From a virus, in the IMG/VR virus record IMGVR_UViG_3300024255_000011, positions 44,851 through 108,850 of that record: 64,000 nt of DNA; one strand, given 5' to 3'. Under the pieces are notes generated by a model that worked only from the letters and a program-made list of their open reading frames with translations, was not told the DNA's origin and did no database searches. Positions 12,301 to 21,100 of the stretch are shown piece after piece. How positions within the stretch are numbered: position 1 is the stretch's first letter; the number at the start of each line of letters is the position of its first letter. Position numbers and translations under genes: made by a program.

Positions 12301-12357
12301 GTCCTGATCTTCGTACTGAGAGTCTCCACCACTCCCATAATTATATGAGTAAGTCAT
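3334..12357 (-). CDS. Giant repeat-containing structural protein, 3007 aa
   Basis: Uninterrupted ORF with ~11 divergent repeats (WS.xGEP...GPAYW) and one hydrophobic helix near the C-terminus. Start overlaps the stop of the collagen-repeat gene. Confidence 0.8.
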   Translation of the reverse strand: MTYSYNYGSGGDSQYEDQDTNDSSSDSNNQQLNDLNYQIVDDVTVSTIGSGVSTVSNPIFDNIDIDEETLNELLEEAAWLPGDILRDVIFCHGGQIKLDESQPWSPENINVDSIHQFPECPGLEIWYRSGWDYKNYTVAPENGYQTQNSLKVRLVKLGMPDGIDNEPMNPHRILNLPEKVVKFITAEPKKFIWVHPFLDKKEDAVDAMDRVGTTIHKSMDKWQSGKLTNGPSNCDLYLRAGFHSMPGGNNAFADQPKGSGMVYEDNESDRKWVFVLGNSRGRDQMGYPNQPTEGLDYGVVGMSGFFRSHYNVSAETKSNVGIKFAYTMNRIDTSSGLLEANVKKLQEAMEALEDMTLIELISEITGDRPDWRPPSETPEAEGVGSFNLDELEDPTGGGTGEYNDHDKAIIQNAIDKCNAIQKSISNNFSEFGFNLKEIIKRGSFRKLSARKITDDPQTHTALAVLYDMTNFYINKQLGVEKEYDHKVIVSVDNISQKIKNGEDLSWREVINNLLTGYIIRNREATRVLNQDFDFEQIGEYLLDRNTDNDQLNLINFIRDVTKEKRASKFRYVNGALAVVLETGFVYTSDQYNKGHFGWCDACMDAGGQISNYFKYSECEYRTYDSNGQEIITVLDRHEHDGSVNFDVYSLYDGPAPEPATFDARNRVATEAEPGVDILVTNYYDNRPDFTAQEWRGLYCVPSGSTAAMPDWSMYDKLPTNICHTYGPFSDDEMSIYYNFIVPKCEHKGPSDFGITWWFASTKDGPWVAGDSQGPTVEGYNCDKRNATGYKSYKPKKRYMRASFWQWFGVNNTKKGSKVKREYYPPGYNYMGIDYEGKLNEGKYIDVLVTPKIKGDPYDGYDGTEIKGATYYSDVQTAAVLDTKPYGWSIGQLPDLNDEYWIKPISHESAGKGQQYVGQPGYYRIYGIPPEDNIYEELRSRPAPIKQKLWVSEYPEGTDISNDGDDSWRREWTERTFVKGTGYENYRTFQLANRDAQILLGAIAPDRIDQEDWGNRGEPWTITEKIDRAKWIHGPGYWGELHINRERPNFHDDVWQTPLNHFNRYLPGEDFDGLFGQRPNNVRVEEGERLKVSAYSGDVNTGELDTRTKYDYDIYFVLETNHGLDVDNFPEKDLPDDHVNFIYGGTILKNDYNGFVVTPPSSHMIFHARNTNRVKADWKNNGEPVSISTSDHVNQAPEVSIEHMGGARGNRDLRKGPAYWAFGDFGSVTDVRKGFRGYPDFNSAYYNFPLNDYNETYNSIRVRKGRKYHITPGDNMIYTHRIIWGTDDRCIQPNYYEDPSFGNKEIGSDPNRKFYHYEDDNSLLLRPKHSGASKTIEVEAQGDYLFFGAFRYDQTDDDKGNPLVDRPINEYWSRFGEGIDVEITEVPDVTGCGFWASEEVYSSNNPKEPNWSRYDKPMIHLTQEMKEILRLDGQTQSELEGQLYESDQTKKQYERVFDINSDDIIDVKNPPPANQRILYAFKKTARTPNVDIVFRFIKREGLSQNDAQEFQMEEFVWRSGLNDEQVVTIFCQSEYIQYKVYAAGKSEEQWSKKGEPLYLELYREVKKDANDMSQYWIDWENDATYPNKYSLVTTDQLKNNHWVNPLNGAVPTDEGTAVQWQPGKRYKIWTSADPTLEKPNPNYMHVFLLGQAPRDLNVPGNKDFRMMGVCGNQDVPVEDRWAWHQRNNRSFNGEDNAIYFTFPEIIDYNWSVVVSGAWHTGARRVSEGGTGLTGWNPRGENLRVYWKEEPLEELQGPAYWAGYDQEGHLPNPGFQPGAHVTDYYAYPNIERGEDPTHSAGGQNDYYYGDTFVLGEKNDEPNIRKGRRYRITKLQNDVYNNNIYKPDDYKLHLPHEMRMWSSNKIKQLKPDASNFRDWVAGRYVNRQLSHFDFTAENDTIVFGAFDFDASERGPDSWSKSGEPTNHKFEALTEMPYSGPAYYSSGKDTFPSVADPHFYKGLNTHSVKAETYYTIEKNTDFNSSGGTYQIWYIKDDNKNNWAQMQQWAEDESDNTKSWPPIPLQGTHPEDLLRWLIVDNSYHIPDKVRDMFYEKGPVITTDTQSDGMTFKTPKGVTRIFYGWYGKQAIGKFNRDGEPVRFKFKEQEKWKTEGPLYWGGEQEAVDPPEFGNTHFESPLRYIKVKAGRRYQVKPKSATALAHFQEIQIYEFDPTQNPDPLNPLTNRVDLQFKKIANFQDTQQEINIDVSKDGLILSATYIKAIHETPLVTDWSPKGEPSPLTFREVDSITGPAYWGDTGHTWDQPGAPGKQYLPEFTDSKWIKPLNTLSINGDAHLDDFYVELTQNIDFALSVFVVEERKHLSPNDNNDRFYFHYQGTFAKRSAKGSTVPIEPHEDVHPKYIIFGVGNFDADSGRSFEDWSPRGEEVPVRIKKKEWQRGPSFPGNKNLVSGKEFDLSETRWRYSAAQPPKNGGKIIGGSTYEFKYASWMESGVPSYNNNTKSKDLRYQVVWCKSVGDGPNNPFGDKRPTKTDFKYNSRVLDPNSKVDKKFTLTAPIGYDYIFFVVCDKSNKNTPTSGINPKTWSPDGHLSPWKYKRVHKDLHLDDIPFLKEILMAIAALLAALLGFLLYFAAMAPFETLLEMVDEGPGNKYPIRRKKIEITEDNKRTYGDPFNPEYITNDEEFYTGLSNDPIYFNFVADHAVRAWARIMRVRHNGYLFHLTNAKCVKSTGDNTLKKEFEVMNLTATHGFNYTQLDGGNVRKALRKYVPWDGDTGFRNVELDDPYKTSTTSYRSYAIDTSIDENRQLTGFDIRKKWFQPSLTYSPQMGKQGFWKSYAGAQYKLASNYDSGRNVTSYPTTFGSANNIDNIFSVRGAGLTTDVMYSSNSSNHCYGWEILNGTEKDPFGFKIPNGEFIPGIEFDMLFYDYNSKTENAGNWQIVQMHLSFDVPDLLEPDTILKSVAVKLTPDSSTNYKFRNSFDNTSSNHQMNQLNKNNNLIHMRLMGDQKIPAGVHFKGISACIWVGEDNVKTGRTFVISNLAPIHQYDNPPHPDE

Positions 12358-13106
12358 ATTGTCTCCCTAATTGTAACATATAGTGTTCCGTCAGATTCTG
12401 TTAAATACAGTCTACCTGGTGGTCCTGAACTTGGTACATAAGGAATGACCTGTGCGTTAGCTCCCCCATGAGCACCATTGAGTCCATTAACACCATTCTG
12501 TCCACCTGGCCCTGTGGGTCCAGGTCCACCTTGTGGTCCGTTTCCACCTGCAGGTCCTTGAGTTGCACCAAAGGTACCAGCGTATTTCCATTCGAATGAA
12601 ATGTCCCAGAAGAATACTGAAGATGTGTCATATCCGCTTGCGCCAGGAAGACCCCCTTCAACAAAATTGTCATCGGGCCCCGAACAAAGTGCACAATCAC
12701 CAATAGTTGGACTATAATCGTTTAGATAATATGGGTACAAATTGCTGGTTATATCTGGTGTACCTCCTTTCCCGTCAGTGATACCGTTCTTTGTAACTTC
12801 TTCAAACAATTGTTTAGAATTATTGACAACAATCCTAAGGTCTAAACCTTGGCCTGCAGGTCCAACTGGACCTTGGTCACCCTTATCACCTTGCTTACCA
12901 GGAGTTCCATCCACGCCTCTGCTTCCTGCAGGTCCCGCGGGCCCAACAGTTCCTGGAGTACCTGGCGATCCGACTGCACCAGGAACTGGCACATACTGAA
13001 GATTACCCCAAAGGTTCCATGTGGATCCATCCCAGACCCACAATCTATTTCCGTCGACAAAGTGTTGATTTTGTCCGGGTGATGATGGAAATACTGTTTC
13101 TGACAT
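12354..13106 (-). CDS. Collagen-like (Gly-X-Y) fibre protein, 250 aa
   Basis: Two Gly-X-Y tracts and an N-terminal FPSSP..WVWDGSTW motif. Late promoter upstream. Confidence 0.85.
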   Translation of the reverse strand: MSETVFPSSPGQNQHFVDGNRLWVWDGSTWNLWGNLQYVPVPGAVGSPGTPGTVGPAGPAGSRGVDGTPGKQGDKGDQGPVGPAGQGLDLRIVVNNSKQLFEEVTKNGITDGKGGTPDITSNLYPYYLNDYSPTIGDCALCSGPDDNFVEGGLPGASGYDTSSVFFWDISFEWKYAGTFGATQGPAGGNGPQGGPGPTGPGGQNGVNGLNGAHGGANAQVIPYVPSSGPPGRLYLTESDGTLYVTIRETI

Positions 13107-13135
13107 TGTATTAATACTTTATTGTTATTTAGATG

Positions 13136-14239
13136 TTACGAATCAGTGTCGACTGTGCTTGTCTGATGTAGGGTGATAAGTGGGTCCTTTTTACTGATTG
13201 AGTTATATATACTATACAACTCTGGCCTGATAATATTATATGGAGAGGCTTTAGCATTAAACCCATGGTATGAAGGATCATCATAGAAAACTTTTGCACT
13301 AGCTGGATCAATAACTTGTACGTCGCTAACATTAAACATTCTGTTTTTACTGCTGCTGCTGTTTCCATATGAGTGTTGCCAGTGGAAACCCAGAAAAATT
13401 GAGTTAGCTGGTGGAGACTCGTGCTGATTAATCATAGCGCGGATTCTAAAGGGTCTGTCGAGTAAATCAAGATCTTGATTCGCGCCATTCTCCGGCTCCA
13501 TGATCTCGTCCCCTGCACCCTTCGTGAAGGAACCGGTGTTTCTAAAAATGTATTTGCCATTCGCTGGATCGCAGTTGGCTTTGCCATTCCAATTATCTCC
13601 ATTGGGTGTCAATTTATTACAGATGTACCGGCCATATTCAAATGAGTACCATATCCCCCAAATTTGATTGATTTGTTGCCTTGTGTAAAATTCTTGCTTG
13701 GAGGAAGATGAGAGCTTATGGTTTGTTCCTGCCCCAGAAATAGCTCCCATAGATTTACTTACATAATAAGTAAAGCTAATACCCCTCACTGGATAAGGGT
13801 ATCCTTTCTCCCCTCTACATGTGAAACCACCTCCAAAAGAATTCGCCGAATTCTTTGCATCGGAGAAACATACAATTGACGTGGGGTACATTTCCTCCGC
13901 GTCATCAAAGTTAGCTGACATATTATTAATATGGGTTCTTACTTTAGATCCCACTTTATAAAAGATGCTGTAATCAGAATGCCTGTGTTTACTATTTTTG
14001 TGTCCTGTATATCCATTTCCATAAATCACAGTCTGATTTCCACCAAATCCACCGCTTCCACCAGTGTTATTGTTAATGCCAGTTCCATCCATTAGTGTGT
14101 AGTCATTACCAATATTTTCATAGTAGATTTCCCCACCCCATGGAGTAAAGAGATCATCGTTAAAACTTTTTGGAGCTACTTTGTTGTTACTTTCGGCTTT
14201 GATTGGAGTAAAGCCGTGAATTGTTCCTACATATCCCAT
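13136..14239 (-). CDS. Hypothetical virion protein, possible receptor-binding tip, ~367 aa
   Basis: Likely start MGYVGT overlaps the upstream stop (TAATG). C-terminal half resembles the C-terminal domain of the 3007-aa protein. Confidence 0.7.
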   Translation of the reverse strand: MGYVGTIHGFTPIKAESNNKVAPKSFNDDLFTPWGGEIYYENIGNDYTLMDGTGINNNTGGSGGFGGNQTVIYGNGYTGHKNSKHRHSDYSIFYKVGSKVRTHINNMSANFDDAEEMYPTSIVCFSDAKNSANSFGGGFTCRGEKGYPYPVRGISFTYYVSKSMGAISGAGTNHKLSSSSKQEFYTRQQINQIWGIWYSFEYGRYICNKLTPNGDNWNGKANCDPANGKYIFRNTGSFTKGAGDEIMEPENGANQDLDLLDRPFRIRAMINQHESPPANSIFLGFHWQHSYGNSSSSKNRMFNVSDVQVIDPASAKVFYDDPSYHGFNAKASPYNIIRPELYSIYNSISKKDPLITLHQTSTVDTDS

Positions 14240-15762
14240 TATCTTTGATTCCAGTAAAGAGTGCCGCCATCTGACCACAATGCTCCAGGCAAATTAGGAT
14301 CTTCTTCAGGAACTACAAGTGGTCTTGAATCCACGTAGGCCTTGTTCGCTGCGTGCTGAGGAGCAGTAGGATCTTGTTCCAACAAATATAATTGTCCCGT
14401 CATAGAATTCGACTGACCACCGGCCTTCGGTAGATAAGTTGATAAATCAGCTTTGATCTGATCTTCGATGGCCTTTTTGGGCATCAAGGACTTGTCATTA
14501 TTATAAGATCCCTCAAAATGAATCTCGTCACCAGAACTTTTATGATAAACATACAGAAGATCCTGTGTGTTAATGTCGGTTCCCTTCTTCCTTCCTTGAA
14601 CTATAAAAGTACCTGCGTTGTTATTCGCCTCACCTGATCTATTGATAGTTAGGGCGGTAGTTCCATTTAAAGTGCCGCCTTTTATTTGTAAATATGGTCC
14701 CTTAGTATTATCACTGACACTTATACTACCAAGACGCCTGTTAAGATGACCCTTTGTCACCACTGCAGTGTCTGTCTTATCATTATCATAATCTAGATCA
14801 TGATCATGCTCACTGTTTAAATTGACATCATTGTCTGAAGTGTTAACAATAAAAAGGTGTTCAGTTTCATTGATACCCTTAACGGATAGTACTTCAGGGT
14901 CGGTATTGGTGAGTCTTAGATATCCACTGATGTCACCACCTTCGGCACTAAAGGACTTTTTGTAATTTGTAAATCTATAATAGGTATTAGTGGATGTGAA
15001 CAGCATCTCCTTCTCAGGAGACGAAGAAGAATGGTACTCTACTCTGATACCTAGGTACTCTGTATCACCAGAAGAATTTTCGTCTCTGTCCTTATACTCC
15101 GTAACCTGTTTGACTTTGTAAATGCTGTAGTCAAAATTACCATCAGATCCTTCAAATGACACTTCAAGAGTGTCACCGATACCCATGTTGTTAAAGATAT
15201 CAGAGAAAACTCCTTCTCTATCGTTCTGGTGAATGAAAAATTCTACAATATCTCTGTACTGAGTACTAAAGACGTTGACACCTGGATCAGAAATTCCCTG
15301 ATCTAGACTATCGTCAACAATTCTTTTGTTGATACCTGCGATTGTAAAGGCAGTGGCACCAGGTACGCTTGCTTCATATGTTACATGTTCCCAGTCGTCA
15401 AGTTGGGTGGCCAGAGCAACATCATAGTCAATAAGATCTTCAAGAACACTGCCTCGTATTCCAGACTCCAGATTGCTATTTGCCGCCGCGTTACCGGAAA
15501 CGTAATTATAATTAGAATCAATTGTAATATCACTGGTTGCACTGACAAGATCATAACCCCTCTCTAGGGCTGTCTTGTCGTCATCAAGCTGGGCGAGTAC
15601 CCAGTCTGTACTTGCGACGTTATCTGGTCCAACAATGTTCCAGCTATTTGTTAGCGGATCATATTGGTATACGATCCCACCTGTCTTTTCGAGTTCAGCG
15701 ATATCACCTGGCTTAGGATAAATTGCACCCGGACTAGGATTTCTTGGAAAGTAAATTGACAT
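14239..15762 (-). CDS. Putative tail fibre protein, 507 aa
   Basis: N-terminal FPRNPSPG motif and fibre motifs YLQIKGGTLNG, YLPKAGG..MTG and HAANKAYVD. Confidence 0.75.
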   Translation of the reverse strand: MSIYFPRNPSPGAIYPKPGDIAELEKTGGIVYQYDPLTNSWNIVGPDNVASTDWVLAQLDDDKTALERGYDLVSATSDITIDSNYNYVSGNAAANSNLESGIRGSVLEDLIDYDVALATQLDDWEHVTYEASVPGATAFTIAGINKRIVDDSLDQGISDPGVNVFSTQYRDIVEFFIHQNDREGVFSDIFNNMGIGDTLEVSFEGSDGNFDYSIYKVKQVTEYKDRDENSSGDTEYLGIRVEYHSSSSPEKEMLFTSTNTYYRFTNYKKSFSAEGGDISGYLRLTNTDPEVLSVKGINETEHLFIVNTSDNDVNLNSEHDHDLDYDNDKTDTAVVTKGHLNRRLGSISVSDNTKGPYLQIKGGTLNGTTALTINRSGEANNNAGTFIVQGRKKGTDINTQDLLYVYHKSSGDEIHFEGSYNNDKSLMPKKAIEDQIKADLSTYLPKAGGQSNSMTGQLYLLEQDPTAPQHAANKAYVDSRPLVVPEEDPNLPGALWSDGGTLYWNQR

Positions 15763-15766
15763 AGTA

Positions 15767-16303
15767 TCAAGGATTAATAATTGACTCTAGTTGAGCAACT
15801 TGCTCTGTAAGTTGATTAACCTGAGACTGAAGATCGTTAACCAGTGAGGCAGTAGACTCTGTAAGGTAATGAGCTGTTGTGACACTAACCCAGTTACCTG
15901 TGTATGGATCTACAGTATTGCCATCATCATCAACAACAGGTGAAGCGTTTGGGGTTACATAATAAATCTTCAGGAGACTATTTTTAGTATCATACCAACA
16001 GGTTCCAGGAAGTGGATCAATTGGGATGTCAATATTATATTGGTCTAGGTTTGGATAAACATCGGCCAACGTTGGAGGAGTATCACCACTGTAAATAATT
16101 GATCCGGTGTTTTGACCAGAGGTGACTCCAATCCAACCAGGAGTACCTTGTGAATCAATATCAGATGAAAATACGTACATCTGCAGAGAGGATGAACTGA
16201 CCCAAAGTTCTCCATCTCGTCTGAGAGGAGAATTAACATCAGGTTCTACCGGCCTAAGAAGTACCGTGTTTCTAAGTTCTGTTACTCCGGGAGTGCTAGT
16301 CAT
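15767..16303 (-). CDS. Fibre adaptor-like protein with two G(D/E)LW-type domains and a C-terminal coiled coil
   Basis: RDGELWVSS..QMYVF, PGTCWYDT..LLKIYY and a heptad-like C-terminus. Confidence 0.7.
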   Translation of the reverse strand: MTSTPGVTELRNTVLLRPVEPDVNSPLRRDGELWVSSSSLQMYVFSSDIDSQGTPGWIGVTSGQNTGSIIYSGDTPPTLADVYPNLDQYNIDIPIDPLPGTCWYDTKNSLLKIYYVTPNASPVVDDDGNTVDPYTGNWVSVTTAHYLTESTASLVNDLQSQVNQLTEQVAQLESIINP

Positions 16304-16326
16304 TGTATTACCCTTTTTGTTATTTA

Positions 16327-17001
16327 TTACTCAACCAAACCAACCTGACTTCTCAGAGTATCTACTCTGGCTTGTAGAGAGTTTGTTGAGGTGTGTAAGT
16401 TTCTAAGTGATGATGCAGGAAGTTGATTATTAAAGTTTTCCTTTGGATTCTCAATTGCCTCAATAGATCTTTGAGTAATTGAAGCCCACTGCCAACCAAT
16501 CATATCCCCGTCATCGTCACGAAGTTCAACTCTCACCTTAAGATCCACATCTTCTCTGTTAAAGTACATATGACTTTGTTTGAAGATATCAATTCTATTT
16601 TCAGGTGTAGGGATAGTGATGTCATCACCATCTGAAGCTGTTGGAAGAATCAGATAGTCATAAGCTCGTTTGTTAGTTGTCAACGCATACCATCTATTAG
16701 GTTGTGCGTCTTCAAACGTCATTTCGTTCTCATTGTACACATACATCAAGTACATGTTGTTGGGGTCAATCCACAAGTTGCCACCATCTGGATCCAGTGG
16801 TGGGTTTGGAATATCGGTACCTGGAATGTAGAAGAGCCAAGAATTTCTTTCGAAATCGTAATAGTAAGGCCCAGATGTGTACTCGTTATTTGTGATTTGA
16901 TAGTTTACTGGAGCATTTACAAAATACTTTGGTGCCGGTTTGTTAGTGCTTTGAGCAGCCGCAGAGTATTCAGTTGCTTCTGTGTTATAGGAATTTGTCA
17001 T
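16327..17001 (-). CDS. Fibre adaptor-like protein, 224 aa
   Basis: GNLWIDP..LMYVY...W domain and a C-terminal coiled coil. Confidence 0.7.
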   Translation of the reverse strand: MTNSYNTEATEYSAAAQSTNKPAPKYFVNAPVNYQITNNEYTSGPYYYDFERNSWLFYIPGTDIPNPPLDPDGGNLWIDPNNMYLMYVYNENEMTFEDAQPNRWYALTTNKRAYDYLILPTASDGDDITIPTPENRIDIFKQSHMYFNREDVDLKVRVELRDDDGDMIGWQWASITQRSIEAIENPKENFNNQLPASSLRNLHTSTNSLQARVDTLRSQVGLVE

Positions 17002-17003
17002 GG

Positions 17004-18146
17004 TTATGTGAGGATGAGCTCACCTTGTAAGGTTGAATCTAGATCATTCCAAACGTAAATAGTTTGTTGGTTATTAATATTCAAATTACCAATTGAAAGG
17101 AGGTAGCCAAAAGCATCACCTGTTTGACCCTCAGTTGGAATATCCACAATTGGACCATACTCAATTCTCTCTGTGCTGATTATGTCATTCTGTGTTGCTT
17201 GGCCAAATGGCTTAGTTGCAAACTTGAATGCAAAGGCGGTGTCATCTTGAAGAGAATTAATTGGGATGACAAAGAACTGAGGACTCAGTAATGTTGAATC
17301 CACTGAGAAGTTACCATCACCTGTAATGACTTGAGTCGATCCGTCGTTAAACGCAAGGAATTCTTCGCTGACACCATCTTGATTCACAAGGCCAATTCTC
17401 ATTCCAATGTATTGTAAAGGATCAACCTCAAGAGGTACTGGTCTCAATCTAATAGCAGGAGAGCTCTTAGACTCAGAAACAAACTGATCTGAGTATTCTT
17501 CCTTAGCTGAAAGTTTACAAGAAACGTTAAATGTTACTTGAAAGTCTCCATCAAAAATTGCAGTTCCTGGTTGAGCGGTTACGTTAGTGATAGCAGAATT
17601 AGGATTACTGAATGTAATGTAATGCTTTGTTAGTACTCCATCGACATTCCTTTCGACATACTCAGGTGCCGATCTCCACTCGTAATTGATATATGACTCT
17701 GGTGCACCACCTTGTGGTCTGGTGATTTGGAACATAGTCTCTTCACCTTCGAAGGGAGTAGACTTACCAGAAATCTCAATTTTACCAATAACAAGATTAC
17801 GATTTGGATCTTCGGGTGACATCTCTGGGTTGGTAGAGGATACCCACCTACCCTGTACAGGATCAGAAGAATCGAGAGTTGGAGGTTTATGATACACTCT
17901 CAACTCGCATAGTCTTTGATCCCACCACAAGTCACCATCAAGAAGTTGAACACCCTCGAGCGCAGGATCAATGGTGTCACTATACATCTTAGCGCCAGGG
18001 CTATTCAAAGTCTTCCAGGAATTCTTTCCTGGATCCCAAAAATACACAACCTTAGTTTGTGGATGAACCCAAGTGGAGTAACTTTCTACTCCTAGACCGC
18101 CTGGTCCACTTGGGAAATCATCAGAATCTAACCAACTATCTGTCAT
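17004..18146 (-). CDS. Virion protein with FP..P and GDLW domains and a probable Ig/PKD-like region, 380 aa
   Basis: DFPSGP...YFWD...W, DGDLWWDQ..LRVY and YEW motifs. Late promoter upstream. Confidence 0.7.
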   Translation of the reverse strand: MTDSWLDSDDFPSGPGGLGVESYSTWVHPQTKVVYFWDPGKNSWKTLNSPGAKMYSDTIDPALEGVQLLDGDLWWDQRLCELRVYHKPPTLDSSDPVQGRWVSSTNPEMSPEDPNRNLVIGKIEISGKSTPFEGEETMFQITRPQGGAPESYINYEWRSAPEYVERNVDGVLTKHYITFSNPNSAITNVTAQPGTAIFDGDFQVTFNVSCKLSAKEEYSDQFVSESKSSPAIRLRPVPLEVDPLQYIGMRIGLVNQDGVSEEFLAFNDGSTQVITGDGNFSVDSTLLSPQFFVIPINSLQDDTAFAFKFATKPFGQATQNDIISTERIEYGPIVDIPTEGQTGDAFGYLLSIGNLNINNQQTIYVWNDLDSTLQGELILT

Positions 18147-18166
18147 AATCCTAGTGTTTTAGTTAT

Positions 18167-21100
18167 TTATTGGTTTTCTTGGGACTCTAGGATAGAGAGT
18201 CTAGCACTCATTCTAGAAATCTCATTTTTCAGTTCCTCAACCTCTGCATTTACTTCAAATGCCGTTGTTGCGGGAATTGATTTATATCCAGTACCCTGAA
18301 CAGGAACCCATACAAAGTCAGTGGATCCAGATGGGATGTAAGCGACTCTCATTTCAGCGGAGTCAGTATCAAACCAAAGATCACCAGACTTCGTAGTGCC
18401 CTTTAGAGGTTGAATTGAGTCGACATGTACCTCAAATCTGTTATCAAGGACAGCCTTAAGGTCACCTGTCACAGAAATCCAAGACTTAGCTGAGAAGTTG
18501 TATGTGTATATTATGTAAGTCTCTGCGTCAATCCAGAGATCACCATTCTTAGCTATTGAAATAGGAGGCTCAGAGTCCTGTAACCAGATGTTACTGAAAG
18601 ACTGAGTTACATTATCTTCTCCACCACCAGATGCTGCACCCAATTCAATCCAGAAGACATTTTCATCTGGCTTGTTGATTAGGTCATCATCAGAAGGATT
18701 AACGGTTCTGAATTCACAAACATAGATGGAGTAGTCAGTTGGATCGATCCAAAGATCACCCCTCTGAGGTACATAGTGACCCTTGACATCATTGATATCT
18801 GGGATAATATGTACTGTTGGTTTCAGTGTGTGAAGTTCATTCAGAATGTCAAGGTTCAGGATATTGGCCTGTTCCTGAGTTTCATATCTGATCAGTTCAC
18901 CATCAGGTCCAACAATATCACTGGTACCTTGAGGACCATCACCTAGGGCCCCTCTCGAATCACCAAAGAACCTTTTGCTAGTCTCGACCGCACGAGGAGT
19001 GTTAACGAGAACAACATCTCTAGTAGTTACTCTGCCCAGTGGGTTGTCGATACAAACAGATCCCGACGCGGCTCTCATAAAGGTCCCTTCAGGACCCTGA
19101 GGACCTGATCTACCATAAACCTTAGTCAGGCTGTTAGTGCCATTCAGGTTCTGATAGAAGATGTTCCAGATGCCAGTTTGTCCAGGATCTCCATCATCGA
19201 GATCAATACTATCAACACTAAAGACTGTGATGATGCCCTTGGCGATGATGTTAGAACCATCCGAATTCTTGAGAGGTTCGTTGGGGTAATTATCACTGAT
19301 TCCCTCAGCAATTGTGCCCCAGTGAATCGTGCCACCATTGTCAGTTTCCTTACATCCAGCAATCAAACCGAAATATGGTTCGTGTGTTTCACCAAAGTTG
19401 ATACAAACTGATCCATTAATCGGATCAACATAGTAACTATTAACCAATCCACCAGATGGACTTTGTCTGTAAAGACTTATCGACTTAACATCAGAAGATC
19501 CTGGTGGTCTGTAGAAACAGGTATAGGTGCCGAATCCATTGGGATAGACATCAGATGCTACAACAAGCTCAATCTTTTTGACAAGAATGGGGTTGCCATT
19601 TTCCAACACCAACTCGCCACCAGATCCAGTGGCGTAGTTGTTATCACTACCCCAATACAGGTAACCCTCAACATCTACCTCTTCACAACCAATCTTAGGA
19701 TGCTCATTGGGACCTGGATCAACTGGTTGATCTGGGCCAGGGCCTTCGGGGACAATTGGAAGACAGATGCCATCGATACAACCATAACCTTCTGGACAAT
19801 CAGAGTTTAGATTACAACCAACTCTACATCTTCCATCAATACAAATAGTACCATTAGGACAATCTGCGTCTTCATCACACTGGGCTGGGAAACATGCTCC
19901 TGGAGGTGTCAGACATGTCTCATTGTCATTAGGACAATCACCATCTACCACACATTGTGGGCGACAAATGCCAACAATACAAATGTAACCAGGAGGACAC
20001 TCTCCATCTGGTCCACATTCACCTTCAGGCTTTCCACCTGGGACACAATGTCCATCCCAACAAATAAAGCCAGGAGGACAATCGTTATCTCCGTTACAGG
20101 GTTTCAGACAAATATTGCCAACACACTCCATCTCTCCAGGACAATCTGTGTCAGAGGTACAGGAGGGTCTACACTTACCATTGAAACACTCAAATCCTGT
20201 AGGACAATCAACATCATCTTCACATCCAATCAGTGGGAGACAGATACCACCGCCAACACATTCGTGTCCAGGAGGACATTCGTTGTCTGACCCACCAGGA
20301 CAGGTTGGGAAACACACTCCATTATAACATTCATATCCATCAGGACATCCATTAACGGAACAATCTGGACGACAAATACCATCAAAACAAACAAAGTTTG
20401 AGGGACACTCACCATCGTTGCCACAATCGATATTGGGGATACACAGTCCACCAATACACATAAACCCTTCAGGGCATGTACCATCATCACAAGGTCTGTA
20501 GCAACCACCGTTGGGCCCACATTCAAATCCATCAGGACAATCTGAATCAATAGTACAAGATGGACGACATAAACCATCAATACACTCTAGTCCAGTCGGA
20601 CAATCGTCATTTGCGTTACATCCAATAACTGGAATACATGCTCCTAGGAGACACTCATATCCAGGAGGACACTCAGTGCCATCACAGGGAGGATAACACC
20701 CACCATCTACACATACAAGGTCTCCAGGACATCCAGTGCCGTCAGGTTGACAGGTAGGGCGACAATGTCCATTAATACAATCCCAAATCTCGCCAGTGGG
20801 AGGTGTTGGACAATCAGTACCATCATCACATCCTCCAGGAAATTCAGGTCCAGGTCCAATTGGAAGACATACACCACCAATACAGACATGACCTGTTGGG
20901 CAACCTTCTGGGGGACACTCAGGGAGACATACACCATCGAAACAAAGGAACCCTTCACCACACTGGTCGTCATTTACATCACAATACTCTCTACATGCTC
21001 CTAGGATACATTCATATCCAGCTGGACAAGGTACGGTACATGGTCCATAGATTGGGTGACAATGGCCATCAATACATTGGAATCCATCAGGACACTCATC

